Shown piece after piece: positions 61,747-64,000 of a stretch of DNA of 64,000 nucleotides. Both the position numbers and the translations under genes were made by a program. The notes under the pieces were generated by a model. It was not told where the DNA came from. It ran no database searches and worked only from the letters and a program-made list of their open reading frames with translations. Numbering within the stretch: position 1 is the first letter of the stretch; the number at the start of each line of letters is the position of its first letter. Location of the stretch: IMG/VR virus record IMGVR_UViG_3300045988_166693, positions 1-64,000 of that record; one strand, given 5' to 3'. This DNA comes from a virus.

Positions 61747-64000
61747 AGCCTAGCTTTTTAAGTTGTTTTTTTAATATGACTATTTCTCTCTCAAGTTTCT
61801 TGATTTTCTTATCGGTTCTTGTTTCATAAGTTAGCAAGTGTCTAGCGGTATGAACCGCAAACGTATACGCTACTGTTGCATAGTCCATAGACAGGAAGTT
61901 ATCATTCTCTTCCACGGCCCACGGAAGGATTGACTGAGTATATTGGGCCGATCCTCCCAAGTTCAGCCTATTTTGATTCATATTAGGTCTATTCCACCGA
62001 TACACAAATGAAGGTGCTTTTGCTATGTCCATAAGAGACAAATTTACCTGCTGCATTATTGACTTGTATCGTATATCAGAACTATAAAATGTGGCACCGC
62101 CAGATACAAGCAAGTTACCTACTATTTCAACGTAACCGCCTCCATATATAGAAAATGAGCATCCTGCACTTGTACCTGCGTCATTATTACTTACAGCCAT
62201 AAAAATGCGCCCCCAGTCATTCGCATCATCACGTACAGATCCAAAAACATATCTAGTTTGGTACCCTCTACCATTCACAATATCTCCCCATCTTATGATT
62301 GGCCTAAAAGTACCACCATTTACATATATCCCATCGCTGGAATATCTTATAGACGAAAGGTTAGAAGTAAACATTTCTGATGATTCCAAACCTGTTAAAG
62401 TATTATCTTCTAATATATATCTTGCTCCTCTAATATCACTTGACCCGTAAATACCTCCATTTACATGCAACTTATAACTGGGAGATGTAGTTCCTATACC
62501 AACATATCCGCTGGGATTTATTCCTAGATTTGAACCAAGATTTTGGATAATTCTTGCACCGGCATATCCTATAATATCATTGTTGCCTATATCAATGTTG
62601 CCTGTGACATTACTTGTTCCGTCAAAGGATTGTCCCCAAATAGTTCGTGCTGTCTGTAACTTAGTAGCTGATGCAACATTATCACTTAATAAAGCCAAAT
62701 TTCCGTTTCTTGTTGGCAAAATCAATGTGTTACTATGATCCCCGTCGCATTGCAGTCTAGTTGAATAATCAATGGCTCCAGTTGATGAATTATGAAAATC
62801 AATATATTTTCCGACTTCAAATGTTCCATCAGTTTCTACAAAAGGAATAACTCCCCAATATGTACTTCCGGATCTCTTGTGTGTTCCATCTAACTTGTCG
62901 GCATTGCTGGCATTTCCACTAATATTAATACCCCATGTTCCACTTGCTCCGCTTCCCGTTTTAGTAGGGTACTTGCTGTCGCTTTCACTTTTTGTATATG
63001 CACCGATTCCAGCCGGAGTTATATTGATAGTCTTAGCCCCGGTTGCGTTGTAAGTAAATTGGTTCGTTCCCTCTGTTGTTCCTCCGTTCAGTTTTACAAT
63101 TAAATTCTGCTTCCCTGTGACTTCTGAAATAGTCGGCCAGCGAGTAACGTATGCAGACGGAGCAGCCTTTAACAACGCATCCCAATTAGCGTGCAGATCC
63201 GAGATCGTAGCAATGCTTACAGCCGTTAGCCATGCAGGTTTTTGCGCTGCTAGTACAGAATCCCAGCTAGAATGCAGGTCAGTAATATTTGCAATATTAG
63301 TCGCAAACACAGAAGGCTTTCCGGAAATATTGCCCCATGCAACGCTACCAGCTTCTCCACCTCCTACTGCTACTAATTTCCCGTTTTCCTTCTTTATAGT
63401 AGTACCATCCACTACTACCCCATCCATGACTGTAGACACGGAAACCGGATCTATTGCATACATTGTAACACCGCCTGTAACAGCTAGATTTCCCTCTAGG
63501 GTAATTACTCCGTCTGCGGTTTTGTGCAAGCGAATACCGCCTATATAAAAATCTCCAGTTTTAGTAACTCCGTCTATATTTGCATTTCCACCTAAATATA
63601 AATCTTTCCATTTCGCATCAGACAAGCCTAAATTAATGCTGTTGCTTGCTGCGCCAAAAGGTCTAAAAGATTTAAGTTCTAACAAGACAGATAAAGTATC
63701 ATCATTGTTGATTTTAAATCTTATGTTTTGGTTATTTTTAGTAATTACATCAATAGTTCCACTTCCTGTTATATTTCCAACATTATCTAAATTTCCGCTT
63801 ACATTCTCAGTTCCGTCAAAGCTACGTCCCCATAACGTGCGAGCAGTTTCCAACTTAGTGGAAGCGTAAGCATACAGGTCGGTTATTGTTTTTGTCGTTC
63901 CACCGACAGTTATGGAAAGGTTAGTTGCTGATGAAGTTGATAATGCAGTAAGAAGTCCTGTTTTGTGAGTTCCGTCCAAAAGATCAGCGTCTAGACCGCT
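61709..64000 (-). CDS. Tail fibre with a C-terminal intramolecular chaperone (Peptidase_S74-like) domain; 5' end lies outside the window
   Basis: The frame stays open to the window edge. Internal repeats TART(L/I)WG(R/Q)SFDGT.NV(S/T)GN. C-terminus SSDIRYKSIMQQVNLSLMDIAKAPSFVYRW...GGSAQYTQSILPWAV...MDYATVAYTFAVHTARHLL...KKLEREIVILKKQLKKLG matches the endosialidase chaperone pattern. Confidence 0.75.
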   Translation of the reverse strand, partial: SGLDADLLDGTHKTGLLTALSTSSATNLSITVGGTTKTITDLYAYASTKLETARTLWGRSFDGTENVSGNLDNVGNITGSGTIDVITKNNQNIRFKINNDDTLSVLLELKSFRPFGAASNSINLGLSDAKWKDLYLGGNANIDGVTKTGDFYIGGIRLHKTADGVITLEGNLAVTGGVTMYAIDPVSVSTVMDGVVVDGTTIKKENGKLVAVGGGEAGSVAWGNISGKPSVFATNIANITDLHSSWDSVLAAQKPAWLTAVSIATISDLHANWDALLKAAPSAYVTRWPTISEVTGKQNLIVKLNGGTTEGTNQFTYNATGAKTINITPAGIGAYTKSESDSKYPTKTGSGASGTWGINISGNASNADKLDGTHKRSGSTYWGVIPFVETDGTFEVGKYIDFHNSSTGAIDYSTRLQCDGDHSNTLILPTRNGNLALLSDNVASATKLQTARTIWGQSFDGTSNVTGNIDIGNNDIIGYAGARIIQNLGSNLGINPSGYVGIGTTSPSYKLHVNGGIYGSSDIRGARYILEDNTLTGLESSEMFTSNLSSIRYSSDGIYVNGGTFRPIIRWGDIVNGRGYQTRYVFGSVRDDANDWGRIFMAVSNNDAGTSAGCSFSIYGGGYVEIVGNLLVSGGATFYSSDIRYKSIMQQVNLSLMDIAKAPSFVYRWNRPNMNQNRLNLGGSAQYTQSILPWAVEENDNFLSMDYATVAYTFAVHTARHLLTYETRTDKKIKKLEREIVILKKQLKKLGYEEVRTLDDQSV

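Noticed and set aside
53891-64000. A second DGR variable repeat in other fibre-cluster genes
   Set aside because: The invariant TR flank GCGGACACAGCTCCAGACGTTGCC and the peptide GGNVWSC were searched by eye. They occur only in the TR and in the single VR.

Overview
The whole 64 kb window reads as one segment of a tailed phage or prophage, probably with a Bacteroidales host. The host call rests on TAnnTTTG -7 promoter boxes, no Shine-Dalgarno sites, lipoprotein signal peptides, and HU_HIG-like and DUF5053-like proteins. Almost all genes lie on the minus strand. From high to low coordinates the modules are: (1) A tail fibre cluster (64000-58473). (2) A complete diversity-generating retroelement (target gene with VR, avd, TR, reverse transcriptase; 57964-54639). 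(3) A lysis cassette (53894-50649: small membrane proteins, Amidase_3 endolysin, lipoprotein). (4) A free-standing GIY-YIG homing endonuclease (49988-49146). (5) Tail tube/chaperone candidates, then a plus-strand two-gene lipoprotein moron (45216-46603). (6) A 1914-aa tape measure protein plus two distal tail genes (44889-35886). (7) A plus-strand repressor-like protein with four HTH modules (34590-35900), divergent from a long early operon (34451-19556). That operon encodes a LuxR-type regulator, a primase-helicase, an orphan methyltransferase and about 25 small unknown ORFs. (8) An IS605-family insertion (tnpA/tnpB, 17845-19561). (9) A roughly 1 kb ORF-poor control region carrying a phased palindrome array. 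(10) The head/packaging module: S49 protease-scaffold, major capsid, a tandem duplicated gene pair, a TerS candidate and TerL. (11) An accessory tail end with a HIRAN protein, an antirepressor, an HU-like protein and a DUF5053-like protein. No portal, integrase, tRNA, rRNA or CRISPR array was recognised. Most notable: (a) the DGR, where all 18 TR/VR mismatches fall on TR adenines; (b) a phage-specific promoter, T-run + GTCCTTCA + exactly 19 nt + TAnnTTTG, present six times, twice preceded by a ~105 nt element of GCAAACCTCTC/GAGAGGTTTGC sites; (c) a phased array of TTTATTAATAAA palindromes; (d) an IS605-family element with IS608-like end geometry whose ends now supply the stop and start codons of the two flanking ORFs; (e) a candidate ~75 nt plus-strand sRNA. 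All functional calls come from motifs read by eye; no database search was possible.
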